Source of the DNA: Chrysomallon squamiferum
Lineage: Eukaryota > Animalia > Mollusca
Assembly (NCBI GenBank): GCA_012295275.1
Contig: CM022672.1
Location: 17,546,001 to 17,610,000 of the forward strand
Direction: 5' to 3'
Length of the DNA: 64,000 nucleotides
Below the pieces are notes generated by a model. The model was not told the DNA's origin and searched no databases. It saw only the letters and a program-made list of their open reading frames with translations. Below, piece after piece: positions 42,712-57,323 of this stretch. Made by a program: the position numbers and the translations under genes. Numbering within the stretch: position 1 is the first letter of the stretch; each line of letters opens with the position of its first letter.

Positions 42712-42997
42712 ATTCCTCGCTTGCTGGGTGTGAACAGTGAGAAGATCGTTCTCCTTGACAACAAGACGAAACTTCTGGCCAAGTCACAGAATATCAGGAA
42801 CCTCGAAGACTGGCTGTCAGGAAGCGGAAGATCACATGATGGCCTCCTTTTGGAGTTCCGTGGCACCAAGCCGTGGCTGTTGACGATGCCGTCACCGGAG
42901 AATCTCAAGTCAGTGACAGCAGCCATCTGGCAGGCTCTTGACATGGATGGGCGATTTCTCAACAGTGGAGCTCTTAGAAGAGACAGTTTTGAGTTTG
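42712..42997 (+). CDS. PLCE1: PLCE1-like exon 9 (FERM C-terminal/F3 PH-like lobe)
   Basis: Acceptor gagcag|att, donor g|gttagt (phase 1). IPRLLGVNSEKIVLLDNKTKLL resembles talin/kindlin-type F3 (PRLLG.....V..LD..TK). Confidence 0.9.
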
Positions 42998-43559
42998 GTT
43001 AGTAATGGGCAAAATCATGATTAGAGAATTTTGTGCTTACATATACACTGGTTTTAGTATATTCTTTATTTGTTCTGTAACTTAAAAATGAAGAATGTAA
43101 AGTTTTATTTTTATTTTATTATTGTTACCAGAATTTTTTGGTTTTTTTTAGTTTATTGGTAAAAAATTAGTCAGCTTCTTTTCTCTCCAAAATTATTAAA
43201 ACACAAAAACATTTATTTATTTATTTTGTTTGTTTGTTTGTTTATTGAAATCTAGGACTCAGTTTAAAATTATTTCATGGTTTTATTTATTTTGTATATC
43301 TATTTTAACTAGTTCTTAATAGCTTGCTTTTCATTCTAAGGGAAGGTATTGATAAGTATTTCCAGTGCATTAGTGTATCATTTCTCTCAAATTCCTATAC
43401 TTTTATATTCTCACATTTGATAGAGCATGCATTATTATTAGCAAAGATAAATCTCCAGTAATAAACAAGACAAACACTCTGATATTTGTGGAATGTATTT
43501 AGGTTATAGTTTTACACACTACATACATATTTTAATATAATATTAATTAAAAAAAAAAA

Positions 43560-43790
43560 ACTTTATTCAGGCAGATATTTGGTTATATGTTTACACATTT
43601 TACATACACATTTTTATTTAACATGAATGTTAATGATAATTTTATCTTTTGTTTTATTCTTGCAGATATTAAGTTTACGTATTTATACACTAAATCCACT
43701 TTTTAATTTAACTTGAATGCTAATGATAATTTCCTCTTTTATTTTATTCTGGCAGATATCTTGTTTATGTATTTATACAAAATCCACTTT
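43560..43790 (+). repeat. ~90-bp diverged tandem repeat carrying decoy 3' splice sites
   Basis: tgaatg.taatgataattt...ttttattct.gcagata...tatttataca.aaatccacttt occurs at ~43624 and ~43714; a partial copy lies at 43561-43600. Confidence 0.85.
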
Positions 43791-43813
43791 ACAGATGATC
43801 TCTTTTCCGGCAG

Positions 43814-44067
43814 ATTTCCATCAAAGACAGATGTCACTGCAGCCAAGCCTGGAGGTGACCTCTGTGTACGCAGAAGAGCTGGAACAGCTGCAGAAGATGC
43901 TACATTTCCCGGAAGAAGTTGCTTTCCTGTTGACTGATCGGGAACATGAACTCTTCACAAACATTCCACCAGCTCAGTACGTCCGCCAGGTGACCATGGA
44001 CCTGTCCAGATCCCAGCTGCATCACAAACAGCCAAATGTGGAAGACCTTATTCAGAGATTCAGTGAG
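43814..44067 (+). CDS. PLCE1: PLCE1-like exon 10 (start of CDC25 RasGEF domain)
   Basis: Acceptor ttccggcag|at (phase 1), donor gag|gtaaag. Encodes LHFPEEVAFLLTDREHELFTNIPP...VEDLIQRFSE. Confidence 0.93.
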
Positions 44068-44873
44068 GTAAAGAAAACAAACACCAATCAATCCATTTAA
44101 ACCATGTCTACATTTCAGAAAAGATTAACATCCAGTAAAAAGTTAAAGCAGATTTGTCTTGAGTGATGTTCCCTCTAAACAGTGCAGATGTGTGGCTGTA
44201 CAGTTGCAGTAATGGTGCTGTGCATGTCAAAATGTTTCCTCATTTTAATTTACGAATTACAGTTGTTTTGTTCAGTATTATTTGTGCTCAAAGCATCAAA
44301 GGTTCCACTCAGTTGTCTGGAAAAATTAGAGGAAGCATTGGTCTTGAGCCATAGAGTCCAAGAACATTAGCTTGTCTGGCCAAACAAGTGTTAGTGTTTT
44401 CACATTTTCATATTTAGAGTGAAAAGCAGTTGTCTAATATTTTACCAATAAATTCTGATAAGAAGATGACAGAAGCCAGCTAGGAACCCATAATCTAACA
44501 TATTTAATATGTGATGACATAACCATTATGTTGACAAGGACAGTGAACTATACACAAACAGTTCTGATAAGTCACCTCCAAAGTTAATTGCTTAAGGAAG
44601 TAAGAATCCATTTCTAATAAAATAATATTAGAAAAATTCATTGTGATAAAATTTCTATACTTAATGGTATGATTGTTAGGTTTTTAAATTATTCTATCCA
44701 TAGTAACCAAGATCTGTTGTATCTGGGATGAGGTTATTAATTATAACAACAGAAGCACCTGTTGATCCCTATAGTACTTAAACCTAAATAGCTTTTCTTT
44801 TCAATTTATAACAATTTATCATTTTTACATCAGGAAACTTTTTAACAAAAATGATCTGCTGTTTTTAACTCAG

Positions 44874-45019
44874 GTGTCAAGCTGGATCACTCAGGTGATA
44901 ATCACCCAGGCAACGCACGACGACAGGAAGGCTGTGCTGTCCTGCATTCTTAGACTGGTTGTTTACTGCTGGGTCATCGGAAACTTCAACTCAGCTGTGG
45001 AGATTCTAGCTGGACTCAA
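44874..45019 (+). CDS. PLCE1: PLCE1-like exon 11 (CDC25 RasGEF)
   Basis: Acceptor aactcag|gtg, donor aa|gtaaac (phase 2). Encodes VSSWITQVIITQATHDDRKAVLSCILRLVVYCWVIGNFNSAVEILAGL, with the RasGEF NFNS...I..GL motif. Absent from the ORF track. Confidence 0.94.
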
Positions 45020-45613
45020 GTAAACAGATTTCACTGAAAGATACTTTCTTTTGAAAGCAACTTGATCTTTTGTCTTTCTTACAGTACTATTTAGTTTATA
45101 ATTTTTTACATTTTTTTTTTTTAAGTTTCAGTGTTAAATTTTACATTAGTGTAATTGGTAATCAGTACAGCATTTGAAAATACAGGTTTCTAACTTTTTA
45201 GGATTTTGAAAAAAATTATGTGAATTTTTAAACATAATATCTGGTTGATATTTCTCACACTGTTGTATTTTGAATTTGAATCAGATAAAACTCTGTTCAT
45301 CAAACTGGAAGTTAAATCAAGTGATGTAATCATTTTTGCATCATTGCAGTAACTTTTGTAAATTTACACTTTTGTTTCAGCAAAGTGTTATTCATCGATT
45401 CAGTTTAATTTCCAGTTCTCTGTATAGATTTGAATTTAACAGTGTATATAAACAAAGTGTATATCATCATACTTTATCATCAGCAAAGACTGATCTCCAT
45501 TTCTTTAAATATCAAATTTGAAGTATACAAAAATGTGGTTGAAACTACTTGTTAGTAGTATCATGTGTTGTACATATTTTAGTTATAATGTTGATAAATT
45601 TGATCTGTTTCAG

Positions 45614-45863
45614 ATCAGAGAAACTAAAACCTTTCTGGCTGTCAATATCAGATGAGGATCTGTCCACACTCCACTCCCTGTGCGATGCCCTGCTGACTCG
45701 AGATTCGTCCCCTGAATACAGAGAGGCCGTCAGCCGAGCCTTGGACATCCCAGAATGCAAAGTGGTGCCTTTCTTTGGAGGTTTCCTGCGGGAACTGAAA
45801 GCAATCTTCAGTGGTGTTCCAAGCATCATAGTTCTTCCTTCTCCTGAAAACCAAACCTTGGAG
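45614..45863 (+). CDS. PLCE1: PLCE1-like exon 12 (CDC25 RasGEF)
   Basis: Acceptor gtttcag|a (phase 2), donor gag|gtaagt. Encodes SEKLKPFW...YREAVSRALDIPECKVVPFFGGFLRELK...QTLE. Confidence 0.94.
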
Positions 45864-46236
45864 GTAAGTAGCAGTATTGCATTTGTCCAATGTTGCAATA
45901 AGCTTTTAATTTTGAAATAAACTGAATTAACTATTTTGTATATCCATTAATTCTGCAGAGTCCTTTCAAAAGTGTTCTATGTCATTCAATATCAGTGATC
46001 AATATGTGTTCTTCCATCCATGGAAAGATGCACTCAGTGACTAGAAAGTTGTGTTTCTAACTGATTTTACATTCCTGTAGTCAGCTTATCTTCTACCACA
46101 ATTATATACTGAATAAAATTGAATGTTTTTAACTGACTTTACTCTATCAAACACCTTGCAATGAATTGATATTTTATTGGTGATTCTGGTTCAGTTAATT
46201 TATTTTATTTTTTTATTTTTATTTCACTAATTTTAG

Positions 46237-46421
46237 TTTATATCTGACTACAACGGTGAGGATCGATTCATGACTCGCATTGGGGTGGGAGGTTTGATGA
46301 ATCTGGACAAGCTGAAGCAGGCTCACATGATTCTCAATGATGTCCTCCTCTTCCATCACAGTGCAGACCAGCAGAGAATTCTCATGCAGAAACTTGAAGA
46401 CATGGACCAGGATGAATTCAG
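46237..46421 (+). CDS. PLCE1: PLCE1-like exon 13 (end of CDC25 RasGEF)
   Basis: Acceptor ctaattttag|ttt, donor ag|gtagga (phase 2). Encodes FISDYNGEDRFMTRIGVGGLMNLDKLKQAHMILNDVLLFH (RasGEF GL.N..K motif). Confidence 0.92.
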
Positions 46422-47201
46422 GTAGGAACATCGGGACAATCAGTTTTATTCATATTAGACACTCACCAAAAACAATTCTTGCAGTTAAGAAACTGACAGC
46501 CACAATAAATATAATTCTCAAAAAATATAATGTAGTCCATGGCCCCCTAAAAATAAATAAATAAAAAATATTCTAGAATCTCCAGTGCATTACTGATTAC
46601 CATAACCAGTTTCAGAGATGATATAATTTAAAAACAGATTTTTTGTCAGTTCACTGTTTGTCAGGAGATTTAAAAGTATTTTAATGGCTAGCTCCCAATT
46701 AACTATCAGCTACAGACTTTTTCTTGCTAAGGGAGAGTAATCTTAACTGTGTTGCCTGTTTTGTGCATCTTTAAGTTATGTCCCTTGTTATTTATTAATT
46801 CAGCTTTCAACTGAGCATGGACAGTTTAAAGAATATTATAAATTATTAACAGAGATAGTAAATATCTAGGCACAGCAGATGGTGACATCTGCACAAATGT
46901 CAATATACAAACACTACACATAGACAGGCACAAAGGCATACAAATTCACACAGATGTATAACGTAGGTAGTAAAGTAAGTAGATAAGTAATAGTACACAG
47001 ACAGGCCTACAGACAGTCAGACAGACTGGTATATAGCAGAATGGTTATGTGACAGCTAAATTGCAGGCAGACTTTAACGTGATTATAATCAATACTGACA
47101 TTTGTAACTGATTATGCTATAGAGTGTCATCTGAGTATAAACCACTTTACCAGTCACTCACTGGCCGACAACAAAACACTCAAACATTTGTTGACATTGT
47201 C

Positions 47202-47370
47202 TAGACACTAAGGAATATTACAGTTACTGTTTGTTCTTTTTTTAATCTAATCATTATTTATTTTCATTATTATTATTTCTTATTAGACACTAAGGAATAT
47301 TCCAGTTACTGTTTTTTTTGTTTTTTTTTAATCTAATCATTATTTATTTTCATTATTATTATTTTTTCAT
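47202..47370 (+). repeat. ~82-bp tandem duplication
   Basis: tagacactaaggaatatt.cagttactgttt...ttaatctaatcattatttattttcattatt occurs twice. Confidence 0.88.
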
Positions 47371-47928
47371 TATTATTTTATTTTTATCTTTTCTGTTTCT
47401 TTTTCATAATATTAGCTGGTAAAAATATATCCTTCAAGCCTAATGTTGGGACTGCTAATCAATTTTATTCATGAGTAAATGCATTTTTATCACTTGATAT
47501 GCACATAGCCATTATTGCCTAATGCTTTAAACTCAGTTTTCACAAACACATTCAATGTCTGCCTACATGAAAGGAAACAAATAACAGGCATTTTATTTGT
47601 TCTAAAATTACTTAAATCGTAAAAAATGAATGTATGCTAGAAAAATAGGTATGACCTTCATCATAACTATTAACTATTCTTTTAATTCAGGCAGACTATG
47701 TCAATGTACATACATCAGTGTCTGAACGATTAGGATCCTGTTTTAAAAAAGAGTAGATAACTGAGACATGCATTAGCATAAACAAATAAATAGCCTCATA
47801 AAGATATAGATAATATGGATATCTGAGGTAACTGATAAATTCATTTTTCTGTGCACCATTTGAAATAAATATTTCATGAAAATGTCTGTGTAAGAATAAA
47901 TACATGCATGTATACCTATGTAGACATA

Positions 47929-47973
<45 letters not shown>

Positions 47974-50117
47974 ACACACTTACACATGCATATACAAATG
48001 CATGTTCTGAGTTTTAAGTGGTGTTAAGATCAAACCATATCATAATCAAATTATCAGTTGTCATCAACTGAACATTACAATAAAATCAAAGTCTTAAAAC
48101 TCAACTTTAAAACCGTCACTTGAAATAACAATGTACAAAACTCCAGTGTAATGTCACTTTGTGACAGATTTTTTTCTATGTGTGACACTGTACCAAAGCG
48201 TGGGTATCATTTTTACTGTACAAGTTCTTGCTTTGCCACATCAGTTAATCTGATATCCCAACAGCTGTAAGGCTTTGTGAGAATATTAAACTTTTCTGCA
48301 TTAGTACAAGGAAGTTTACCTAGATATGACATATTAAATCTTGTACAAGTAGACAAGAATAGGTCAAGGTCATTTGATCAGCTGATAGTGACTTCGATAA
48401 TGTCATTTTCTTAGCTTTGATATTAGTTTAATATATATGGTTTATTAAAAAAAAAAATAAACATTATATATAATACACACACACACACACACATACAACA
48501 TACATCCATATTAAAAATATTAAAAATAATTATTAATTATCTTTCTGCTAATACTATTAAGATTTTTAAAAAAAATGGACACTATATATCCCATGAGATA
48601 GATATATATATATTATTGAATATATGAGTATAGTCCATTGAAAATGTGTTTCAGCAAAGTACATATGTACATATATACTCATGCCTAAAAAGATTCTTCA
48701 CAATGAAAATATATTAAAAAAAAGTACAGGATATTTATGCATAAGAAACAGACATATTCTGAACACAACTTGCAGAAAACCAGTGACATTCTTTATGACT
48801 GGTACCTACCATGCCAGATTCCAGTCATTATTCATAATGTCTCCATGGAGAATACATATCCTAATTAGGTGTTCAGTAAATAAGTTTCCCATTCAGTTAT
48901 TAGTTAGGGAGAAACAGTTAATATATATTTAACAGCCCTTAGACATGTAATAAACAGTGTAGAACTGAAGGTTACTGTTGTGAGTAATTTGAAAGATCAC
49001 TAGATTAATTTTCCTTGCCTCGGAGTGCAAACTGAGAAAAAGTCGGTGATAAAATGGATTGCTTTCTGAACGTTCTCTTCCCACTTAACATATTACCCAT
49101 TCCATTGATTATTTCGTTGTTTTCATGCGTCTTAAGTGAATTTTTGAAATATGAAATTGGAATTAAAAATACTGTCATTAAATTACTTTAACAGTAGTGT
49201 ATTTTCAATGCAAATTACTGAGATTTAGAGCATAAAAAGACCAATAAAAATCATGTAGTAAAGAATTTCGAACTCTTTTTAATCTTAAAACCTTGACATT
49301 TGATTTAGTAAAAGTTAATTAAATAAATAAATAAAAATTGGTTTAAAAATATTTTTTAAATTTAAAACAAAATATTTAGGTTTTTTTTTTTATTATTATT
49401 ATTATTTCTCCCCTTTTTTTTTTTTTTTTTTTTTTTTTCTCTCTGTGCATGTGTGCATCACATGTAACATGCGATGTGATTGGTTGAAATATTTGGGTCA
49501 GGTCACATGAGTTGCTCGTGCTTAAAATGAAGCCCTGTGATATCTGTACAATAAATCAGACATATTGTCTTGAAGCCATTTGATTAAACCTGTGAAATAG
49601 AATGATTCTTCTTTGTTGACATTATCTTGTCATAAAACTTTTTTTTTTTTTACAATTCCTTTGCTAATAACTGACAAATCACAAGCCACCAGCTCAGACT
49701 GAATGTGAACTCTTTTATTTGGGCTAGTTTATCTTCTTTATCAGCTAATTTATAACTGTATTAATTTCTCATTCCAACCAGTGACTCATGGTTGATTTTT
49801 TTTTAAAAGGCTGTGTGTTTGTGTCTGTTGGTAGGTGGACATAATAAAATATTCCTTGCTGTTAAGTGACAAAAATAGCATCAGTGTTGTAGAACAATTT
49901 TGTACATCATTAATGAAAAAAAATATAATAATGTTTGCTTGATATATCTTAAGTGTTTGTGTGGAACGCTAAGGTGTCATTAATGAAATGTCATTCATTT
50001 ATTTATTGTACTGGCAGAGCCAAAACTGCAGCACATTAAAGAATTTAATGTGCATTGATATAATCATTTTCATGTTTATGGTTTTAACAGATATGACTTA
50101 TTATTATTATTATTATA

Positions 50118-50187
<70 letters not shown>

Positions 50188-50917
50188 ATGGCAAAGTGAT
50201 AATTTTTAATAATAATTTTTCTCTCTTGTTGCTTTTTCTTCTTCTTAAAATAGCTTTCAAACTTTGAGTTTCATTTGAGATGTGTTTTAAAATCCATATT
50301 ATTAACAATTCTGTGCCTATTTCTGGTGCTTATAGTTTGTTCATCTGTCAAACATTAATATTCTTATGTATTAACCAAATTAGGCAGGTTATCAGATTGT
50401 ATTAAACACTATTGAAGAAGGTATCACAGATCTTTTTTTTTTAATTTTAATTTTTAATTTTTTTTTTTTTTTTTTTTTTTTTTTTCAAGGAACTAAAAAC
50501 ACTTTAATCTGTAATCAGATGTTATTCTTGTAATACTGAACAGTCATGGAAAACAGCACCATATATATGAAAATATAAAATATGGTAATATCACAATAAA
50601 CTGGGAAAGAAATTCATTTACTGCAGCTGCAATTTTACCTTCATCTTTGTCTATTCATGATGTTTGATCTTAAATGTAAAAATAAGTACCTGATGGCTTT
50701 ATAAATACATTTTTCAGTTGTTTATTACTTTTTTATATTCTTTATTTATTTTTTTTTTTTTTATTTATGTTGTTATTTGGGGGTTTTGGGTTTTTTTTTT
50801 TATCTGTTGGTGTTTTATTTTTCTATTTAATATATTTATGATTAGTGAATAAATTATTGGTAAAGTTGAAAATTTATACTCCACATTTTATTCAAAAATC
50901 TCTGTTTACCTTTTCAG

Positions 50918-51653
50918 GCACTGCATGAAACAGGATGACGAAGACTCCTGTGATAGCGATTACGACCTTGACCTCGACAGCTACCAGCCTGTGCGACCTC
51001 TGTACAGTGACCACGAGGTCATGGTTGTGACGCCGAAAGTGGCCAAACTCAACCATCACTGGCTGCAGTGCATGAACCACGGAACAACCATCGTCCGGTG
51101 GGATGAAGATGGAGGACGCTCCTGTATGTGTTACATCAAGCTGGAGGTCGACAACGTAACTCTGACGTGGCGCAAACCGCCATGGAGCTCCTTGAAGAAC
51201 ACCATGGCGACGCCAGACTTCATCCTCCGGGGTGAGGTCGCTTACACTGGCTCGCAGATCCTGTGTTCCCGATACATGACGGGCGAGGAGATCTGCGACA
51301 ACCTGGAGGAAGGTTTTATAGACATCAGTGTGATCAAAGAGGTGACTCTGGGTGACGAAGTCGTGGATCTCGGCTCCGTGTCCAAACGACACGGCATGGA
51401 AGACCTCAGTCACCAGAACAACTGCATCACCATCGTGTACGGCTCCAACCTGTCGGAGAACCGCAAGCTGTGGTTCATTGCCCCGAAACACACGGCGAAA
51501 ATATGGTATCACGGCCTGCGATGCCTGGTGGATGCCTTGCACAAGCTGAGGCTGCAGACAGACAAGCGCTTGCAGTGGCTCAAGATCCAGTATCTGCAGC
51601 TCTACTATGAAAACGAGCACTGCACGGGACCCACTCCAGCTGAAGCAATAAAG
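50918..51653 (+). CDS. PLCE1: PLCE1-like exon 14 (PLC-type PH domain and start of EF-hand region)
   Basis: Acceptor ttttcag|g (phase 2), donor aag|gtgggt. Encodes GTTIVRWD...LTWRKP...EGFIDISVIKEVTLG...CITIVYG...LWFIAPKHTAKIWYHGL...DKRLQWLKIQYLQLY. Confidence 0.95.
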
Positions 51654-51660
51654 GTGGGTT

Positions 51661-51818
51661 GTTGTTTTCTTGTGTGTCATGTGTGAACTGACTTCATCTG
51701 ATTACTAATAATGACTATATAAAATTATAATGTTTTCTTGTGTTGTTTTCTTGTGTGTCATGTTTGAACTGACTTCTTGTGATTACTTAAAATGACTGTT
51801 TAAAATTGTAATGTTTTT
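51661..51818 (+). repeat. 81-bp tandem duplication immediately after the exon 14 donor
   Basis: gttgttttcttgtgtgtcatgt.tgaactgacttc...gattact...aatgact...aaaatt.taatgtttt occurs at 51661 and 51742. Confidence 0.88.
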
Positions 51819-53669
51819 TTTCAACCGTTTTGTTCTTGATAAACGAATGTGTGTTCTTATTAGATGTTCAGCTTGTACATGTCCTTAAACTGTACATGTT
51901 GATGTCTTTTTTGTGGAGAGTACTGCATTATGTTTCTTAATTTTTATTTTTTTTTGTTGTTGTTTACACTGAAAATCAAAAGTAATTAATAAATGTGTTT
52001 GTTAACAAATAAATCAAATACATAATAAACAAAAATAGAGTATTGTGACATTTAATCATTGTATGCCTTTTTACTGCATACAGACAATAATAAAATATAA
52101 AATTCTCGATTAATGACAAAATGATTAATTTACAAAACCTCAAAACATATTATATTCAATAATTACCATAACTGTATCTCTGTATAGAGATTCGTGTAAA
52201 CACTGGATTAAAGGTTTGTTTTTAAAATACCACTAATAAACATAAATGGTATTCAGTGACTAAATAACAGTTATTTTCAAACATAAAAGTACATAGTCTT
52301 TTATCCAAGCTCTCTAGCTGCAGAAGAAAGATTAATGGCAGTTTTTGTACTTTTATGCACATCCATTTAAATCAATAATGAAGGAACTGCACTGAAAATA
52401 TATATATTACTTTAATAATTAGTATCATATGCGTGCGCCATAATTCATTTTCTTCCACTCATTTGATATACACTGCACGGTTTATGCAAAAGTGAACAGG
52501 AGAGGTTTTTTTTTTTTTTTTAATGCAAGTCCTTCGCCTTTATAAAGTGCTTTGTTTATTCGAGACAGGGACAAGATAAAGCTCAGAGTAGACAGCTAGT
52601 GAGTCAGATGTCTTCTGTGTTTGACTCTAATGTGAAAAGTGTGATTAATTCATGTCATTAGTAAGAGTCACCATTCTCAAGTATTAAAACATACGTAACA
52701 CAGAAGTAAATAATTTCAGAACTCAAATTTAAAAAAAAACATTTAGAACATTTTTTTAAATGTTGAGAGAAGGAAATGTTTGTTTTGTTGGTGTGGGGTT
52801 TCTTGGGGTTTTTTTAATGGTTTTTGTTTGTTTGTTTGTTTTTTGTTGTTTTTTTTATACCATTTTCAGTACTTATATGATCGTAATTAATAGTAATTTC
52901 TGATCACAAATATTAAAAAGATATTTTTACAGAGTAGTTAATAACTGATTGAGGTTTTTTAACCATTTTAAAAACGTTAAATTTCTTCATATATAAGTAA
53001 GTGATTTAAAAGTATCTGGGAAAACTCTGTATTTAACTGTTAGTTTATAATAACAGAGAGAAAATTCATACCACAGATAATATACACACTGACATATAGT
53101 CGTATAATCATTGTTAAAATTTACAGTAATTGTCTATGTAAGATAACTATTTATATCATTCTGAGAAAACATTATTGTGTAAGTAGCGCTAATAATATAG
53201 AATCACTTTTAAATTAAACCACAGTGTTCCATGTAAGATAACAATTTATATCATTCTGACTGTGGCAATAATTTTATAATTATATGTAATTATATGCAAG
53301 ATTAGCAAGCAGATAATTACTTGACCTCTTTTATTTGCTAACTTACCTAATGAAAATTGATGATTCAGTTACTGTTTGTTTTGGTTGTTTGTTTTGTGTT
53401 TTTTGTTTTTTTTAAATACTGGCTATTGTCAATTAACCCAGTTTTTCTTTTTAAGTGTGATTATTATTTAGCTCATGGTTTAAAAATAATGGTTTAAAAA
53501 GACACTGACAATCATTTTAAAAATGTTTTTAATTAAATGTTAATTATGAAATCCGAGTGCATAAAGAGAGATAAAAAAAAAAAAAAAGAAAGATTAAAAA
53601 CAGACAAACTGAGAGAAACAAAGAAAACAAAACAAAATTAGTCCAAAACATTAAAGAGAAAAAAATAAA

Positions 53670-53709
<40 letters not shown>

Positions 53710-54435
53710 TTCAAGAAACAAAAGGATAAGCAAAATCATATTTAAATAAAAATATGCAAGAAACAAAAGGGTAAGCAAAATATATATTTTAAAGTTATTT
53801 AATTTTAGTTATTTAAACAAACTGCCATGTCTTGATCGCGAATCCATCAGCATCTCTGGTACACTTCAGGTAAAAATAACGGTTCTCTAGCATGTCTTCA
53901 GACTTTCCCCAATTCACACCTTTTCTTAATTCTGCCTGGAGCCATCTATTGATCTGAGTTGTGATGACATCCACTGGCAAGAAAAGATGAATCCAGTACA
54001 TCTGATGGGTTGCAGTGTCTGACGTTTAGTGAGCTTTCTAATAATTGGATGGTTGAATTTTTCCCACGCAACATTTGATAATCAAACTCCACAGTTCTTA
54101 TAAAATTTCTGTCCATGTTACTAGACAAATATTTACATGGTGCTCAATCTTACAGAAGTTAGATGTGTTCGCAAAGGCATGAATGCTGTTTTACAAGATA
54201 TTCATATTATTACTTGTAAGGTATGTGTTTGTTGTTGTTATTGGTTTTTTGGGTGTGTGTGTTCTTGGGTGGCTTGTTTGTTGTTGTTTTTTTGGGAGAT
54301 TTTTTTATATATATTTTTTTTTTTTTTTTTTTTTTAATGATGTCATTTTACAGAATTAAAACTCCATTGAAATAATTTCTTAATTAATTACATCTGTTGG
54401 TTTTGACAGTGTCTTAATTATTTAAATCATACGTA

Positions 54436-54483
<48 letters not shown>

Positions 54484-54805
54484 CTTTGCATATATTCATT
54501 TTAGTCTCTTTTTTTTGTTGTTGTTGTTTTGTTTGTTTTGTTTTTTTGGGGTTTTTTATCCTTCTTTATTTCTTTTTTTTATGGGTTTTTTCTGTGTTTT
54601 ACACATATAGATATCAAAACATACATATATGTGTATAATGTGTATCTAATGCAGTCACATATATTTAATATTTATAAAAAAAAAAAATTGTATAACCATC
54701 ATCATTTCCACAACTGTTTTTACTTTAACATTTTAAATTTTGAACTGTAAAAATATTTCAACATATGTATGTAGAGTGTCCATGGTATAGCCAGTTAACA
54801 ACATA

Positions 54806-54836
<31 letters not shown>

Positions 54837-55415
54837 CTAACATTCTTTTTTATCCAAGACTAGTAGTGATGTTTTAGTTAAATAACTGATTATTAATTTA
54901 TATATGTACGTAATCATGTGCACTTTTCTACATAATGTGTTGTTGTTGTTTTTACTTCTTCTTCTTCTTCTTTGAATGTTTTATACGTCTGCTGTTCAGA
55001 AATGAATAACAATGGATCTCCGAAAGGAAAATCCCCTTCTAAGAATAGGATTAACATCAGAATCCACCAGTGTGATGTTGTCAGTTAGTTAATTACTTGA
55101 TCAATAATTAATCCTGATATTACAGGCTAATGGCTTCCATCCTGAACAAACCGTAACGGTCTGTTTGCATGTAGTCCGTCTGCTTAACACATCATAACAA
55201 TGTAAATTATTTAAAGCAATGGGTAACTTTTTTTCTCTTTCTCTTTTCTCTCCCTCAACTCTGTTGCTTCATTCATTCTCTCTCTCTTTCTCTTCAATAG
55301 TTAGCTGCTTCATTTAGGCTTGAATCATCATCCATTTCTTTTAGACAAAGACGTAATGTTTGAAATGTAATATTAGAAATATATCAACTCTTTCACTGAC
55401 ATAATTTAATAGCAG

Positions 55416-55461
<46 letters not shown>

Positions 55462-56019
55462 TTATTTATTTTCTTAATAAAATAAATCACGTATAAAACA
55501 TTTTATAACATAAACGATATCTCTGTAAACATTTTACCAAATAACTTAATGCATCATTCCTGATTACATGCAGTTTAAACTTAGTTGTCACAGAGTTTTG
55601 ATTTGTTTGAAATAGTTAGTCGAGTCCAAAATGGTCAGGACGGTGGTGTCTCTAGTGGATTGATTTTTTTGTTAACAGTTGTGTTTCTGCTGATTTTAAA
55701 TGCTATCTTTGAGACACTCTAAATATCCTGTCACATTCAAGCTTCATTGTTATTAAGAGGCAAGCCACAAATAGCTTTTGGCTTATCGATTTTGTTGCTA
55801 GCTCTTGGATCATTTTGGGGATGTTGTTTCCTTTGGACTTTTTTCTATGAAGACGTCATGTTTGTTTTTCTTCTCCTGCTGCTGCTGCTGAGAGCCAAGA
55901 CTTATGTAAATCTGATTACGTGTAATTACACTGGCACCAAAAGCCAAAGAAAGTTTTTGTTTTAACTTTACGAGGTAATGTTTACGTTTGTATCATCTTT
56001 TCGTTTTTCTTTTCTTTTC

Positions 56020-56055
<36 letters not shown>

Positions 56056-57281
56056 GCTAGTAAGTCATTTAGTTGTATCCTTGTCAACAGAATTTTTTTT
56101 ACTATGTTATGAACAAAAACCATGTTTTGTTAATAGTAATATCTGAGAAAGGAAACCTGCTAGCACTACTTCATGGATTAATCTTAACAATTAACAGTAA
56201 CAGGGATCTTTATAAATACAGTTTCCAACAGACAGGAAACTACTTAACTGAGCTTTTTTTTTCACTAAAGTGATAGGGACAAGAAATAATCCAATAGATT
56301 TTTCACTTTGCAACAGATAAGAAATCACATACATCGATCTTTGCCATACAGTTAACTAGAACAAAAAAAAAAACATAATGTAGTGGATGCACTGATAAGG
56401 GTTGAACCCATTCCCTGTCTCGTCCCAGACTAAGACATCACCGCAGATCTCCAGTTACACTCTTCTCTTTCATCTCTGCCGCCAGGAAAAACAGATCTGT
56501 GTTTATTTTCAACTACAGTGCTAGAAAATCTGTCATTAGTGGTTTTTATTCTCACTGTAGATATCACTTGCAAGGTCTCATTTGTCATTTCTCTGGGAGT
56601 TCCATTTAATTAGCTTTATCAGAGAGTGCTTGTAAAGTGTTTCCTCTTTACCAGCTTGTTATCTTTCCTTTCAGATGTAAAAGTAACCACATCCCAATTG
56701 GGATTCCATTGCCATGGTTTCCTTTGTCACGTATGTAGATATAAGTATGTATTTATGTGTATCCAAAATTGCAGCTGTAATACAAAGACCCTGATTAGTG
56801 AAAATGATTGCTTGTGTATGCATTTCAGGCATTATTTTATATAAAAAAAAAAATATATATATATATATAAATGGCATGATGTCAGTAATTATAAAATAAC
56901 ATTCTGATATAACAGATTCCTAAAATTGTCTTCTTTGTGTTAGTATATAGAACAGATAAAATAATTTTATGGAAATACATAGATTTTAAAAAAAAAAAAA
57001 AATTAATTTTTTGTTTTTCATTGAAAATGAACTTTAAGTGGAAGTATGCATTAAAACAATACTAACCAAGTGTACAGTTTTAATTATAAAAATGTTTGTG
57101 ACTATTTATGATTGGTTTTTTCATGTACCCAGTAGCAAATACGTTTTACTGGGCAGGGGTGTCATTTAACATTCATTCTGTTTATTTCATTATTTTATTT
57201 AATACATGTAAAGATCCACTGAAATCTCGATATTCCTTCAAAAAGTTTAATTTTGTATTTATATATATTATGTTAATTTAT

Positions 57282-57323
<42 letters not shown>

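Noticed and set aside
48574-48640. Inverted repeat aatggacactata ... tatagtccatt as a miRNA-like hairpin
   Set aside because: Short, bulged stem around a low-complexity AT loop; likely by chance in this composition.
50892-51680. 262-aa minus-strand ORF
   Set aside because: Antisense shadow of GC-rich exon 14; the plus frame is the one carrying the PH-domain motifs.
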